From Octopus vulgaris (Eukaryota), in assembly GCA_951406725.2 (NCBI GenBank), contig OX597824.1:58342001-58406000 (forward strand): DNA of 64,000 nucleotides. The letters run 5' to 3'. The position numbers and the translations under genes were made by a program. Under the pieces are notes generated by a model. The model had not been told where the DNA came from and made no database searches. It saw only the letters and a list, made by a program, of their open reading frames with translations. Positions 40,290 through 53,910 of this stretch are shown here, one piece after another. The first letter of the stretch is position 1, and the number at the start of each line of letters is the position of its first letter.

Positions 40290-40983
40290 TACATGGCGAG
40301 TAATTTTGAGGAAAGGTAGTTAGTCCATTGTATCGACTCTAGTATTTGATTGGTACTTACTTCATTGACCTCCAAGAAGATGAAAGACAAATTTGACCTT
40401 AGCAGGATTTGAACGCAGAAAAGTGAAGAGCCGGAGAGAATACCGCTTAGCATCTTGTCCAACGTATTAACGATTCTGTCAACGCACCGCCTTAGTAATA
40501 ATCCTTTCTATTTTAGGCACTAGGCCTGAAATTTGGGGAGACGAACTAGCTGGTTATATTGATCCCAGAAAAGAAAATTAACATTCAACATGGGACTTAC
40601 AAAAATGTGTGAAGTAAAACAGTAAAAGTTACACAAAGACGATGGAGGTGGTTCGATAATTTGGACGAATTCAAATGTTGTAAAAGGGAAAAGCTGTGTG
40701 CAAATAAATAAAAAAGAATGATAAAAAACATACACACATACACAAAACAAAAAAATATAAACATTAAAGTTTCTTCTTAAATTGGTTTCAAACTTTGGCA
40801 CAATGCCAGCAATTTCAGAGGCGGTGGTCAGTTGATTACATCGACACCAATATTCAACTGGTACTTAATTTTATCAACACCGAAAGGATTAAAGGCAAAT
40901 TCGACCAAGGCGGAATTTGAACTCGGACGAAATGCTGCTAAGCATTTTGCCCAGTGTGCTAACGATTCTGCCAGCTCGCACCT
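40290..40983 (-). mobile_element. Cluster of SINE family A copies (~40290-40495, ~40505-40570, 40781-40983)
   Basis: Repeated family-A motifs (GGCAAATTCGACCAAGGCGGAATTTGAACTC; TAACGATTCTGCCAGCTCGCACCT). Confidence 0.75.
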
Positions 40984-41268
40984 TAATTGATCTGATATTG
41001 ATCAGGCTGTCTATATCCCTGATCATCACCCTCCATATACCACCCTTTATTGTTCAGGTTACAAACTGTTCCTGAGGAATTTTTGTGGGCTAGCGAGGAG
41101 GCCACACATTCTGGATAGTTGAAATATAGTGTTTTGTAAAGTCTCTCTGCATTTTCTCGTTTTATGCTGTTTGAAAAATGTTATTTCTTCGAGTGGATAT
41201 TCCTAGTGTATGAATTTTACTAGTTTTGGTATTCGTGAGAATGGCATTACATTCTTTTGTGTGTGTGT

Positions 41269-41299
<31 letters not shown>

Positions 41300-41309
41300 A
41301 CGTGAAAAG

Positions 41310-42250
41310 AAACAAATTCATCCTGTTGGTCAAACAGTCATCCACAGCAGATATGACGCCATCATCACTGCAATACTGCTCTCCAGCCATGTATTTTTTC
41401 ATTTTGGGGAACAGATGATAGTCAGGTGGATTGAAAACAGGAGAACAGGGAAGCCTATCAACCAGGTCAAACTCACAGTCACACACAGCAGTCATTGAAG
41501 CCAAGCAGTTGTGTGATGGAACATTATCCTGATGAAACAAGACCCTTTTACTCAATGTTCCTGGGTGTTTGGTTTTGATAAAATTTCATAAGTGCATCAG
41601 CAGGCTGGCATAGTGCTCTCTATTGATGTTGTGGTCCTTTACAAGTCAATAAAACAATGCCTTTACAAGTCAATAAAACAATGCCTTTCGCATCCCCAAA
41701 AACTGAGGCCATCACCTTCCCTGCAGATAAAGCAACCTGGGCCTGCTTAGGAGATGAGGAGAGGTGACTCCACTACATGGATTGAGTCACTTTCTTTGGC
41801 TCAAAGTGATAAATCCAACACATATCTTCTCTTAGGAAACGTTTAAGGAAACCAGTTGGAATTGCATCAAACAATGTCAGAATTTTCCGTGGTGTGATCA
41901 GCGTGGTGCACTTTTGATTATGTTTTAGAAGACATAACGTCCACCGAATATAATTTTCGTCATGCTAAGTTTAGACCTTGAGTCATCTTCAACATTCTCC
42001 ATCTCTGACCTAAATTCAGCTACCCACTTCTACACTGTTGATTAAGCTAGAGCGTCATCCCTTAATATAGCGTCCTTGTCAGAATGAAAGTTTTTGTGGG
42101 CTAAAGACTTTTTTTGTGCAGGCACTTGATAGCAGCATGATACCAAATTTTGTCGAATTCCAAAAGAAGTTACTAGTTACGTTTGAATTTTCCATTGAAC
42201 AGTCCGATTTCAGTTTACCTGGCAAGAAACAATGCAGTTATCTAGAAAGC
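41310..42250 (-). mobile_element. Mariner transposon relic
   Basis: KRVLFHQDNVPSH...LVDRLPCSPVFNPPDYHLFPKMKKYMAGEQYCSDDGVISAV, plus an N-terminal ALALINSVEKWVAEF. Confidence 0.85.
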
Positions 42251-43069
42251 ACAGAATGGGTGATGTAGCCCCAAATACAAATGTGTATGACATATAATGT
42301 AATCTTGGATACATGCATAGATAATGTATTCCCAGAAACACACACACACGCACGCACGCACACACATATACACATATCTATACATCCAAATTGAGGGAAT
42401 GGAACGGATAAAATGCAGGCTACATACGTTTCTTAGCTACCTGATCGTCTGATGCAACAATTACTCAACAAGAGAGCTCAACTTAGTTAATCATCAGGCC
42501 GAGATTACCATAATTAAATGAAGGTTATATTTTATGCTTGCAATTTTCAAGTTAACTCGCAGCAGATGTGGATGACCTTGTAGAGAGACCAGTGGTAAAC
42601 ACACGCACTTATGAAATAATGAGTCCTTGGTGAAAGCTAATTCATCCTTTCACTGGTCTAAATGTTTGCAACTGAATGGATAGTTGCTAAATACAAAGAA
42701 CTCTCAGGGAACAGTGCTAAACAGAGCTACTCATTAGGACTAATCTGATGAGAATTTCGTTTTTAACTACAGATTTTCTAGATGAGAGCTGACTTTTGGC
42801 AGCAACAAAGTTCTAGAATTAACAAACTGTTGGCCATCAGATTCACCACTCTCATATATTCTTATATCTTAAGTGTCTTACCCGTAAAGCCTTATGCAAG
42901 TTAGCTTACCTTAAGTAATGTCCTCTTAACTAAAAACCATGTGGAAACCCTCATTCTATCCACAATGAGTTACTGTTTTCCTGTGTCCACCTTAATCAAG
43001 CTGACTTAAGATTAAGGTTTTTCTAGCCTTGACCATTTTAAGTATATTTTATTGCAAGAATCTTTCTTT

Positions 43070-43470
43070 TATTTGCTTCACTCATTCGACTACGGCCATG
43101 CTGGGGCACCGCCTTGAAGAAGTTTTAGCCGAATGAATCGACCTTAGTACTTATTTTTTAAAAGCTTGGTACTCGTTCTATCGGTTTCGTTTGCCAGGCT
43201 GCTAAGTTACTGGGACGTAAACACATTAACACCGGTTGTCAAGTGGTGGTGGGGGACAAAGACAAATACAAAGACACACACACGCACATACACGCACGCG
43301 CGCACACACGCACACACACAGATACGACGGATTTGTTCCGCTTCCGATAACCAAATCAACTCAGAATGTTTTGGTCAGTCCGAGGCTACAGCAGAAGACA
43401 CTTGCCTAAGTGGAACCGAACCCATTCATGAGGTTGAAAAGCAAGCTTCTTAGCACACAGCCACGGCTGC
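43070..43470 (-). mobile_element. SINE family B
   Basis: GGCCATGCTGGGGCACCGCC...CGAGGCTACAGCAGAAGACACTTGCCTAAG...CACACAGCCACG. Confidence 0.82.
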
Positions 43471-43754
43471 GTCTGCATATATATATAAAATGACACGATA
43501 CATCGTGCCAACATTTTCTGAACCAGAGCATACCATTAATGATTTGCTTCTTATTTCTAGAAAACTGATTAACCTAACCACACAAAACGTTTCACCTTAG
43601 CACTTGTACTTATGTATTGAGTTCTTCCACCTACAGACCTTTAAGCTAACAGTCAAAGTCAACGCCCTAACCAAACTATCACGCTCTGAAAAAATAATAT
43701 CCAGAGCCATGTTATTTCTCGGACCAAATTACAACAGCAACAACCACAACAATG

Positions 43755-43836
<82 letters not shown>

Positions 43837-43879
43837 TAATAATAATATCAATAATAATAATAATAATAATAATAATATC

Positions 43880-43965
<86 letters not shown>

Positions 43966-43980
43966 TAATAATAATAATAA
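43755..43980. repeat. (TAA)n microsatellite
   Basis: About 225 bp with few interruptions. Confidence 0.95.
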
Positions 43981-44024
43981 AATTGTTTGGAAGTGTTATC
44001 ATGTATATTGTTTTGTCTGTATAA

Positions 44025-44490
44025 AAGATGGTCTACAGCAAATATTCTGCTCAATACCACAGATTTGCTTGTCAGTTGCTTCACCTAAACCAGTTGAGCA
44101 TGTCTCTTAGTGGCTGATGATATGTGCATCTCTGATCACGAGCAGATGTAGTGGGGGAGCATCATAGCCATGTGTTGAGAGGAATTCTTTGGACTTTGGA
44201 TAATTCACCTTTGGAAACATTGGTATTTTGTTCATCATCCATAAACGACTCTTATTCAGGGACCTTTTGAGCGGGATGGGCTACTCGACTTGAAGAAAAT
44301 TCCAACTGGGTCTCACCTGCAAGGTCACGCACTGTTTATCTTGATATGAAATCACCATGTCGTGCAAATATGGTTATGGTGCATGCGCTTGGTGCATCCT
44401 TAGCAGACGGGTAGTCATGATGGATATATTGGGCTTCGTATATTTTACCTCAGTGTCACTTTGATGGCATGCACTGCTCTCGCACTCAAT
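44025..44490. mobile_element. Interspersed repeat beside (TAA)n, possibly a Dong/R4 5' UTR (second copy at 33781-33915)
   Basis: GGTCTA.AGCAAATAT.CTGCTCA...CCAGTTGAGCATGTCTCTTAGTGGCTGA..ATATGTGCATCTCTGATCACGA is shared by both loci, each next to TAA arrays. Confidence 0.55.
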
Positions 44491-44885
44491 AATAATAATG
44501 ATAATAATCATAGAAGTCGAAATTAAAAACACACGCACAAACTCACACAAAAATCTCACACCTCATCACTCATCACTTCTTGGGTGCTTTCATCATTTTT
44601 CTGTTATGTGTAGCATCCTGTTTGAATCGTTATATTCACGTACGATATTAAGGATGCTTGTGTCAGATGAGAGCGCGCGCGTACACACATACAGACACAC
44701 ACAAACGCACGCGCGCGCACACACAAATATATGAGTGTGTTTATATATATATTACATGTGTGTGTTGTGTGTGTGCGTGTGCGAGTGTGTGCGTGTGCGA
44801 GTGTGTGCGTGTGCGAGTGTGTGAGTATATGTATGCATACAAACACGCGCGCATACACACATCAATCTCAAACATTGGTACATAT

Positions 44886-44934
<49 letters not shown>

Positions 44935-45428
44935 CATATAGACACACACACAAACATACACTCACACATACGCACATCACTGTGCAATCAATGGTAAATA
45001 TGTGTATGTTTATCTTATGCACGCCATGCTGTGTGCAGTTTTGGCTAACCAAAGTCTGGAACAATAAAAATACCCAGAACTCTTGTAGCGGCAACTTACT
45101 GCAATGCTGGAACAAAGCAAATACTTGGCCAGAGTTTTCATGTTTCCGCTTCAATGATTGCAACGGAATAATAAAAAAAAAGGTAACAACGAAAAGAAAA
45201 GAAACTAAATATATAAACCTTGTCAGTTTTTATATTTGTTAGATTCTTGTATTTTATTTACAGCTGGTATTTTTATTTTCTTCTTAACCGTTTCACTTTT
45301 TATTGTAGAATTGGCATGAATATCTTAGGTGGTGATTATAATGGCATGTGTTTTTGTACTTTGCTCTGTGTAGTTAAATTCTTCACTCCTTACATCTTAG
45401 TTCATAAAAACATGCAAGAGCTTTGTTG

Positions 45429-45506
<78 letters not shown>

Positions 45507-45508
45507 CG

Positions 45509-45550
<42 letters not shown>

Positions 45551-45620
45551 TGTGTGTGTATGTGTTTGTGCGTGTGTGTGTGCGTGCGTGTGTGTACATG
45601 TGTGTATGTGTGTGTACATA

Positions 45621-45668
<48 letters not shown>

Positions 45669-45912
45669 TCACACACATAAATATTCATGTATATACAATT
45701 AGCTTGTTGAGTAGGCAGAGTAAAACTTCAAGCAAAACTACAGAACTGAACGCAATTATAGCAGCATTAATACGAGTTTCCTTTAAAATTGGAATGGTAC
45801 AAGTGTAGTGTTTCCATTTTAACCAAAATTCAATATGATATTATTACCTCGATGAGATCTGCTTTACAGCGGAGGAAACTGTAAATTTGTAGAATTCGAC
45901 TTAAAATAACCA

Positions 45913-46109
<197 letters not shown>

Positions 46110-46893
46110 GAGCGACGAAACCGCTCTGCACGCAATCGTGCAGTGTCCAGCAATTTCCGACCTGTGGGCTTATGTCGAACGACTGCTGTCACGTGTGGGA
46201 CGTGTCGGTTTATCAGCCGAGTCTATCGTTAATATCGTCACGCCTCCTTCCTTCAAACGGGAAGGAAGAGCTATTTTTATCATACTTGTGGCTATGGCGA
46301 AAGAATGTATCTGGTGGACGCGCCTGAAAGGATTAGAGACAAACACTTTCCTCTCTGGTCAATCTCTCATCAACTTCTTCAAGTATCACTTGAAGAGGAA
46401 AGTGAGAGTAGAGAGGCAAGTTTTGTCTAGTGAATGTTTTAAAAAAAGATGGGTGAATGTAGCAAGGATGGCACGTATGAATGACGAAGCCACCTTGACT
46501 ATGATTCTATGAACCATAAAAATTAATACAGAGAGTTGCTTATTTGCAAAAAAAAAAAAAAAGAAATATAACATGTGACTTCATTGACCGAGGTTACCGT
46601 GGTCTTTTCCGTAGGCTTTTCTTTCCACGGGTAAACCTCACCTGTTCTCCCCTTTACACTTCATATTGACACTTCTGTGATAACGATCCCTATTGATCAT
46701 TTTTTTTGCTCTCCCCCCACCTTTTTTTTTTTTTTTTTTTATTAACCCCTCCCTTTTTTTTAGTCCTCTTTCTTTCCTTTTACGATCCCTTTTGATCGAA
46801 AACCACCACTCCCTTTTTTTTAACCCCAAAAGAAAAGCTCTACCTTGTAATTTGTTCTATCTGTGTGCAGCCATGTGTGGCTAATAAAGAAAC
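46110..46893 (+). mobile_element. Tx1/L1-clade LINE, 5'-truncated, inserted in (TATC)n
   Basis: SDETALHAIVQCPAISDLWAYVERLLS (ET..H....CP....LW, tail of the ORF2 CCHC knuckle) is open to the stop at 46512. The 3' UTR ends AATAAAGAAAC, then (TATC)n resumes. Confidence 0.85.
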
Positions 46894-46894
46894 A

Positions 46895-46932
<38 letters not shown>

Positions 46933-47444
46933 CACACAAATATATATATAAACATTGATTTGATGAAGAGTGTAGTTAATGTGCGGCACGAACATTTTGA
47001 TTACTGTAATCAAATTATTTGTGCAGGTCGCTCGGCAAAAGCTGAACATTCATCCGTCGCCTTCGATGGGAGAGTCCTTCACACATACCCCCCCCCACAC
47101 ACACACACACAGGTATGTATATTTTACATATTGGTTATGACATATGATTGGTCAGAATGTTTCCACAGGTTTCTTACCGACTATTGCACTTTGTTAATAT
47201 TGACAACTTTTCAAACAGGCAGGCCGGAAGTGCTGAGCCTCTTTTATGGTGGAGATAGACATAGACTCTGGGAGGCTCGGCGATGGTAAAGAAAAAAGCG
47301 CACACACAAATCTTTCTCTCTCTCATAAATATACACAAGAAATAATTTCATTCACCGATTTACTATTCAGTAAGAAAGCAGCAGCAACAGCAGCAGTGCC
47401 AGCAGCAGTGGCGGCAGCAGTGGCAGCAGCAGTGGCATCATCAT

Positions 47445-47480
<36 letters not shown>

Positions 47481-49403
47481 AAGTGACAGCAGTAGCAGCA
47501 GTAGCTGTAGCAGTAGCAGCAGCAGTAGCAGTAGTAGCTGCTCCAGCAGAGGCAGCAGCAGCAGTAGCAGCAGCAGCAGTAGTAGTAGTAGTAGTAGTAT
47601 ATCGAAAGACCCTGTAGAGATTACCTTGCTGACTCTTTTTGCCTTTCCTTAAGAAATAACCACCCCTTTCACAAGCACAAATACCCAGAGACATCCTTAA
47701 TTCTAAAGAAGCTATAAAGAATTAATGTCTTTGCTACATCGGTGATGGCGTTGTTTCCCCTTAAACCAATGATCTTAGAAGCACCACAAAACACACGATG
47801 CTTATCTATGCTATATGAAGTAAGCCACTTTGATGAAATCTGTACCCGCTTCCATATATAACCGACCAATAATTGTGTCCAAGACCTCATATTTTTACTC
47901 TTATCCACGGCAAACCGATTTATCCCGTTTTTAAACCATTTTAACCCACTGTTGGCCTCCTTCTCCCTCTCCTATTTACTAAATCATTATTGACTCACCC
48001 CTTATGTTAATGTTTACTACTATGTCCCCTCTATAACAACTCAGAGTAAAATTGCAAATAGAGCACAAGTCCATGTACAACCGTTCTGTTAATGTGGTTT
48101 GCAGCTGTTAGATATTCCAAACATGTGGTGCATATTTACAGGTAAGTAGACTGAGCCGCATAAAAGTTAAGAGTGCGACTGACAGTTACTTGTCAGTTCA
48201 GCTCTCCTTACTATCCACTGTGAGTATACATGAGAGGAATATGAGAAGAATGTCATCTATAGATGACATTTTCAAGAATCTACCAGACGAATATATTTTA
48301 TAGTATTTGTTTCTCGTCTTGGCACAAAGTCAACATTTTGAGGAAGGACAACCAACTATTAAATTGATGTATTGTTGGAGTGGCATTTATCGTAAAGTTG
48401 TCCCTAAAGTGATTTGCATTCGGAACAGTAATACCCGAAAGAAAACACGATCCGGAATTGAACCCGACACTGCCGTGTCCGTGCCGTCCACTCATATAAT
48501 AACGTTTTTTATACACATATTTACACCCATTTACACTGACCTCTCAAGCATACGTTATAAACCGACACGTACATGAATTTAGAAATGGATATGTTAGTGT
48601 GTACGCATATGTATATATGTGAGTGTGTGTGTGTGTGTGTGTGTATCTGCGTGTACATATAATGTGTGCCTGTGTATTATGCGTTTTCTAGTTTATCTGG
48701 TTTGTTCAGTTTCGTGCCTGAATGTGTTTATCTTTTGCTGCAACTATTAAAATAGTGCAGTAGATTTAGTGCATGGAGAACAACAATATTCATATGCAGC
48801 TGTGCACACTATTAGCACAATTGCACATTTTCATACTAGCTCATTGTTAACCAATACAGATTTATATATTTCGCAATTTTATACGTTTTTCTTCTTTCTC
48901 TTTTTTTCGAGAGAGAGAGAAAAAGAAAGTAGAGGGGGACCTTTTTATGAAATGTCTACATTTTTGGCATTTTTGTGTTGGGTGCCCCGATAGTCACTGT
49001 TTTGCCTGTTTCCCCTTTTTAATAACACATTCAACAAAAGCCACAACAAAACTAGAATTAGATTTTTTGATTCCACGTGCGACTGATTACTTGAGCATCA
49101 TGGGATTGTTGGGTCGAAAGTGTTCTGCAGCTGCACATCTGTGCCGAGTGATACTTCTCCAAAATTTAGGAACTTAATACAACATTAAAGTAACTAATTT
49201 GGTTACATTATATAGATAGTATGTGTGAGAATTACAAATTAACCCTCTCCTAAGCGATTCAGTTACAATCACTTCTGACTCCCTTACATAACACACTACT
49301 CCCATCTTCCAGACATAAAACAGGTTTAGTATTAATAGATATCTATATTGTTCGGCACACATTTTCACATTTTTCATGAGTTTTAAATGTTATATCAACG
49401 TCT

Positions 49404-49560
49404 AAGGCGGTGAGCTGGCAAAATAGCTCGCTGGGCGAAATACTTAGCGGCATTGGCTTTTATCCTTTCGTAATCGATAAAATATGGACCAGTTGAACAC
49501 TGGAGTTCATGTAATCAACTCCCTCTGAAACTGCTGGCCTTCTCTCAAAATTGGAAACCA
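49404..49560 (+). mobile_element. SINE family A (deleted)
   Basis: AAGGCGGTGAGCTGGCAAAA...GCTTTTATCCTTTCG...AAAATTGGAAACCA. Confidence 0.75.
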
Positions 49561-49664
49561 ATATTATATTAACGTCTGCTCGGCATATGAATTCCACGCC
49601 TGCGCACACATTCATTTCCTAAGTCTCAAAACAATATGTTTGTTCTTAATTTTGTTGCTTTTTT

Positions 49665-49731
<67 letters not shown>

Positions 49732-49734
<3 letters not shown>

Positions 49735-49964
49735 ACGGAGATGTACGTGCATAGCAAGTGATCTGATCTGAGATCGTGTGCTGGAACGAAAACAATAGAA
49801 GCGTGGAAGGTGTTTATAAGCCATTTAAGAAACACACAAAATCCGTTAGATTCACTTCAACATTTAAATTTAATTTGACAAAATATTTTCGTCGCTTTGA
49901 AGTGATTCTAACGGATTTTGTGTGTTTCTTAAATGGCTTATAAACACCTTCCACGCTGCAATTG
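49732..49964. mobile_element. Foldback mini-element in (TA)n, same family as 63449-63771
   Basis: Starts GTTAC.GAGATGTAC.TGCATAGCAAGTGA like the copy at 63449. Inverted arms 49801-49860 and 49897-49956. Confidence 0.8.
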
Positions 49965-49995
<31 letters not shown>

Positions 49996-51054
49996 ATAGT
50001 TTTGCCGGTTTTATCCAGTGTATCAGTGAAATACTAACAGATGTCAACTTCACATTAATGGATATGGATATAGTATCATGTTGTATGTATCAGAAAAAGA
50101 AAATGGAGAAATTGATATGCAGGCATCAATTTACTGAAACCAACTATGATTTATGCTTTAAGTTATAAAAATAAAAATTAATATTTAATTATTAATTATA
50201 GATGTTTTAACTAGGTGACTTAATTAAAAACTTTGCTGACATTTCGTACTCTGACAAGTAATAATGAAAATTTGGAATAAATGTTTTAATTATCGAAAAT
50301 ATCGGTTATGCAACCTAACTGCTCCTTTGTTTTACAACACACTAATACGCACACGCGCACAAATGCACTAAAAAAAAATTGCATATACACGAGTAAAGGT
50401 TTTTTAAAAATATAGTGGAGTATATAAACGCACATATCTGAACTTAATTCTGAGTTTGCCAATGATATATCAAAACATTGGAAAGTAGTTGCTTTTCTAT
50501 CAAGTTCTGACCTTGATGAAATGTTCAATTAACTATATTCAATATGAATCCAAATTTAATTTTTCAAATTTGAATTAATTGGGCATGGAAAGAAATATAT
50601 ATATATATATAGAAAGAGAGAGAGAGTAAAGTCAATTTGCCAAAGTAACGTGGCAAGCCTGATTAGGACGGCGTTACTACCCTTTTTAGCCTCAGCTAAA
50701 CAACTTTTCCAGCTGGCTATCAACGCACAACTACGTCCTTGTACCTTGAACAAAGGAGCTAATGTCTCCACTCAATCCTAAACGTTACCTAGTGATCAAT
50801 GGTTTCTGGTCTATTTCTCTTCATCGGCACAGGATAACCGTTGGCTAGAGGTGGCAGCACTATGCCTTGCTAGAAGTATATAGTTTTAAAGTGACAGAGT
50901 GATTTAAAGAAGGTATGCAAAGGATGTTTATTTTAATAGCATAAATTCCTGTTATTGAATGTTTTTTTCTGACACAAACACACATACAGACACACATAGA
51001 CACACACACTCACACACACACACATACACACAGACACACACACACACGTACACA

Positions 51055-51101
<47 letters not shown>

Positions 51102-51411
51102 GGTCGGACTCGCTTGGTGCGGTGTGGCGTTTAAAATTTTAGATTACAAAACTTTTTTTTGTAGTTTAAATCCCAACGACCAAACTCCTTGGGCGAAACA
51201 AAACCGTTACTTTCGCATTATCATTCCATCCAATGATCTTATGATGATCAAAGTATCAAAAACATTAATATGTCAGAGTAACAGAGAAAGGAGTAAGGTA
51301 CTTGGTGGTCGTGGGATATGCTGAAAAAACAGCTATATTTCCCTTAAATCAAACACCTTTTTGTCAGAAAATAATTTTGAAATTAAAGACAGAAATTGCA
51401 GATTTGGACTA

Positions 51412-51880
51412 TCTGTATTTTAAAGCTATAATTAAAAACAAATTTTGAAAAAAAAAAAAAAAGCCAAAATTTTAGGATTATTAACGATAAGGCTTTTTCC
51501 ATCGTTTTTCCTTGTGTAGTGCAAAAACAAATTGGCCAAAATCAGTACTAAGAGGGATGTGGGGGTAAAAATGGTCATAAATTTCCAAAATAATTGTATT
51601 TTTACCGAAAAGATGTCTCGCATTGCATTAAAGTGCGTAGTGCAAAAAGAAATTGGAGAAAATCTCTCTAGTAGGTTGGGATGGGGGTAGGTGAAAGGGA
51701 TTCATAAATTTTCAAAATTTCGTATCCATAAAATGTTTCCCCCATCATTTGCAAAAGTGTGGTGAAAAGAGAAAATTGAAAAATCGACGTCAAAATAGAA
51801 AATAAACATATGTGGGCATGCTATTCCAAAAGGCATTTCTATCGTGAAAATTATCCGGTAACGACAGGATACTCAGCTAG
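51412..51880 (+). mobile_element. Non-autonomous Helitron-like element with internal ~110 bp diverged repeats
   Basis: A|TC start, subterminal hairpin TATCC-N10-GGATA, and CTAG at 51877-51880. Internal units TAGTGCAAAAA.AAATTGG...GGGGGTA...CATAAATTT.CAAAA. The 3' flank is A rather than the canonical T. Confidence 0.55.
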
Positions 51881-51907
51881 AGTGTGAGTGCGTGCGTGCG
51901 CGAGTGT

Positions 51908-51984
<77 letters not shown>

Positions 51985-52759
51985 CGTATGTGTGTATATA
52001 TATATATCACATAACACAATTGGTATGAAAGGATATTAAGTTGTCTGCTCGATTAAGAAAAGAGAAAAGAAACAATAAGAAATAAAAACGATCAAACAAA
52101 ATTACGCACACATCAAAACCAGCAGTATAAAATACATAAATATTTGAAATACAAAAAAAAAAAGAAAACAGTTAAAATCCCAACACATCCCGGCTCCCCG
52201 ACTTTAGTGCTCAAGCAAAAGGTGGACAAACTGTAAACTCGTTGCTCAAACTACATTAAGTCGACGTTGGACGTAAATAAACATTGATATGAAACAGGAA
52301 GTTTTCCGACTGGCTCGTTGTTGGTCACACAAGTACATTTGTAAAGACTGCTTACAGAAGACTATACAACAAGAAAAACACATACTAGCATACGCAACCA
52401 TTAGCAGACAAGTTAAACATACACACGTTCAGGAGCACAAAAAGCACACACTTTTACACACGTAGGCACAAACACACGCACGCGCACACGCACACGCAAA
52501 CCCACCCACATACACACACACATACACACTCACACACACTCACACACACCCACACATACATGTACACACACAGAAGCAAATTGCACATTTATGTGTGCAG
52601 GTATGTATTCATATGTTTGTATGTATATACTTATATTTATGTATACACACACATATATCTATATCTATCTATATACATACGTACATACATACATACATAC
52701 ACACACACACGGAAACACACACACACACACAGACACACACACAAACACACATATATATA

Positions 52760-53752
52760 CAGGGGTTAGACAAAATCATAGAAACACCTAGCATCATAGC
52801 ATCATAATTTTGAAATATCTATAAAACCATCAAGAGCTTATTTATTTTTGTTTTTTTTTTATTATTTGTGTTGCTTAATAAATTTTACTAAAATTGCTGT
52901 TTCTCTTTAGATATCATCAGAAAAAAGGAATTAAAATTCATTAAATTGACAGATGTATCGGACTTTGAAGGATGTAAAATTGCTGGAAAAAGTATGGCAG
53001 GCGCTAGCCTAATAAAAACAGCCGAAATGTTTGGTGTATCAAGAAGTACTGTCTCGAAAGTAATGACAGCCTTTGAGAAAGAGGGAAGAACTTCCTCTTC
53101 GAAACAAAACCAAAACTTACAGATAGGGACCATCGGACTCTTAGACGCATTGTTAGAAAGGATCACAAAAGTATAGCTTCCAAAATTGCTGCAGAGCTTA
53201 ATGATCTTCTCAAGAACCCAGTTTCCACAAAATCTGTTTGCCAGGAGCTGCACAAAGCCAGATTTCACGGGAGGGTTGCAATCAGAAAAACATTACTTTC
53301 AAAAACAAATGTTGCAAAGCATTTACAGTAGGGTAAAAACCTACAGAATTAGTCCCTAGAGCAGTGGAAGAATGTTATTTTCTCAGACGAGTCATCCTTT
53401 ACCTTATTTCTGACCACCGGCTGTGGGGAGACAGCCGAAACAAGCATTTGACCCAGACTGCCTTCTTCCAACTCTTAAACATGTAGGATGATCTGTGATG
53501 ATATGGGGAGGGCTGTATCTAGAAAATCCGCCGGATCAATGGTCTCCATTCATGGCAGAATTAATAGTCAACAATATTTAAGCATTTTATCTGATCAAAT
53601 TCATCCTATAGTTGCGGAACTGTTTCCGGAGTGAAACAATCTTTCAGGATGATAATGCACCAATTTACACAGCTAAAGTTGTTATTGAATGGCACGAGGA
53701 ACATTCTAGTGAAGTTGAACATCTTATCTGGCGACCACAGTCCCCAGATCAC
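52760..53752 (+). mobile_element. Tc1-family transposon relic, 3' end cut by a SINE
   Basis: TA|CAGGGGTTAGACAAAAT TIR start. DVSDFEGCKIAG..AGASLIKTAEMFGVSRSTVSKVM (HTH), WKNVIFSDESSF and FQDDNAPIYTAK..WRPQSPDHN. Confidence 0.9.
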
Positions 53753-53910
53753 AATACGACGGGTTTCTTTCAGTTTCTGTCAACCAAATCCAAAGGCTTT
53801 GGTTGGCCCGAGGCTACAGTAGAAGACACTTGTCGAAGGTGCCACGCAGTGGGACTGAACCCGGAACCATTTGGTTGGGAAGTATGCTTCTTACCGTACA
53901 TCCACGCTCG
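53753..53910 (-). mobile_element. SINE family B, 5' half
   Basis: CGACGGGTTTCTTTCAGTTTC...GGTGCCACGCAGTGGGACTGAACCCGGAACCA. Confidence 0.82.

Noticed and set aside
50843-50862. CTCF-like AGGTGGCAGCA
   Set aside because: The 5' half of the motif mismatches, so it cannot be supported from sequence alone.
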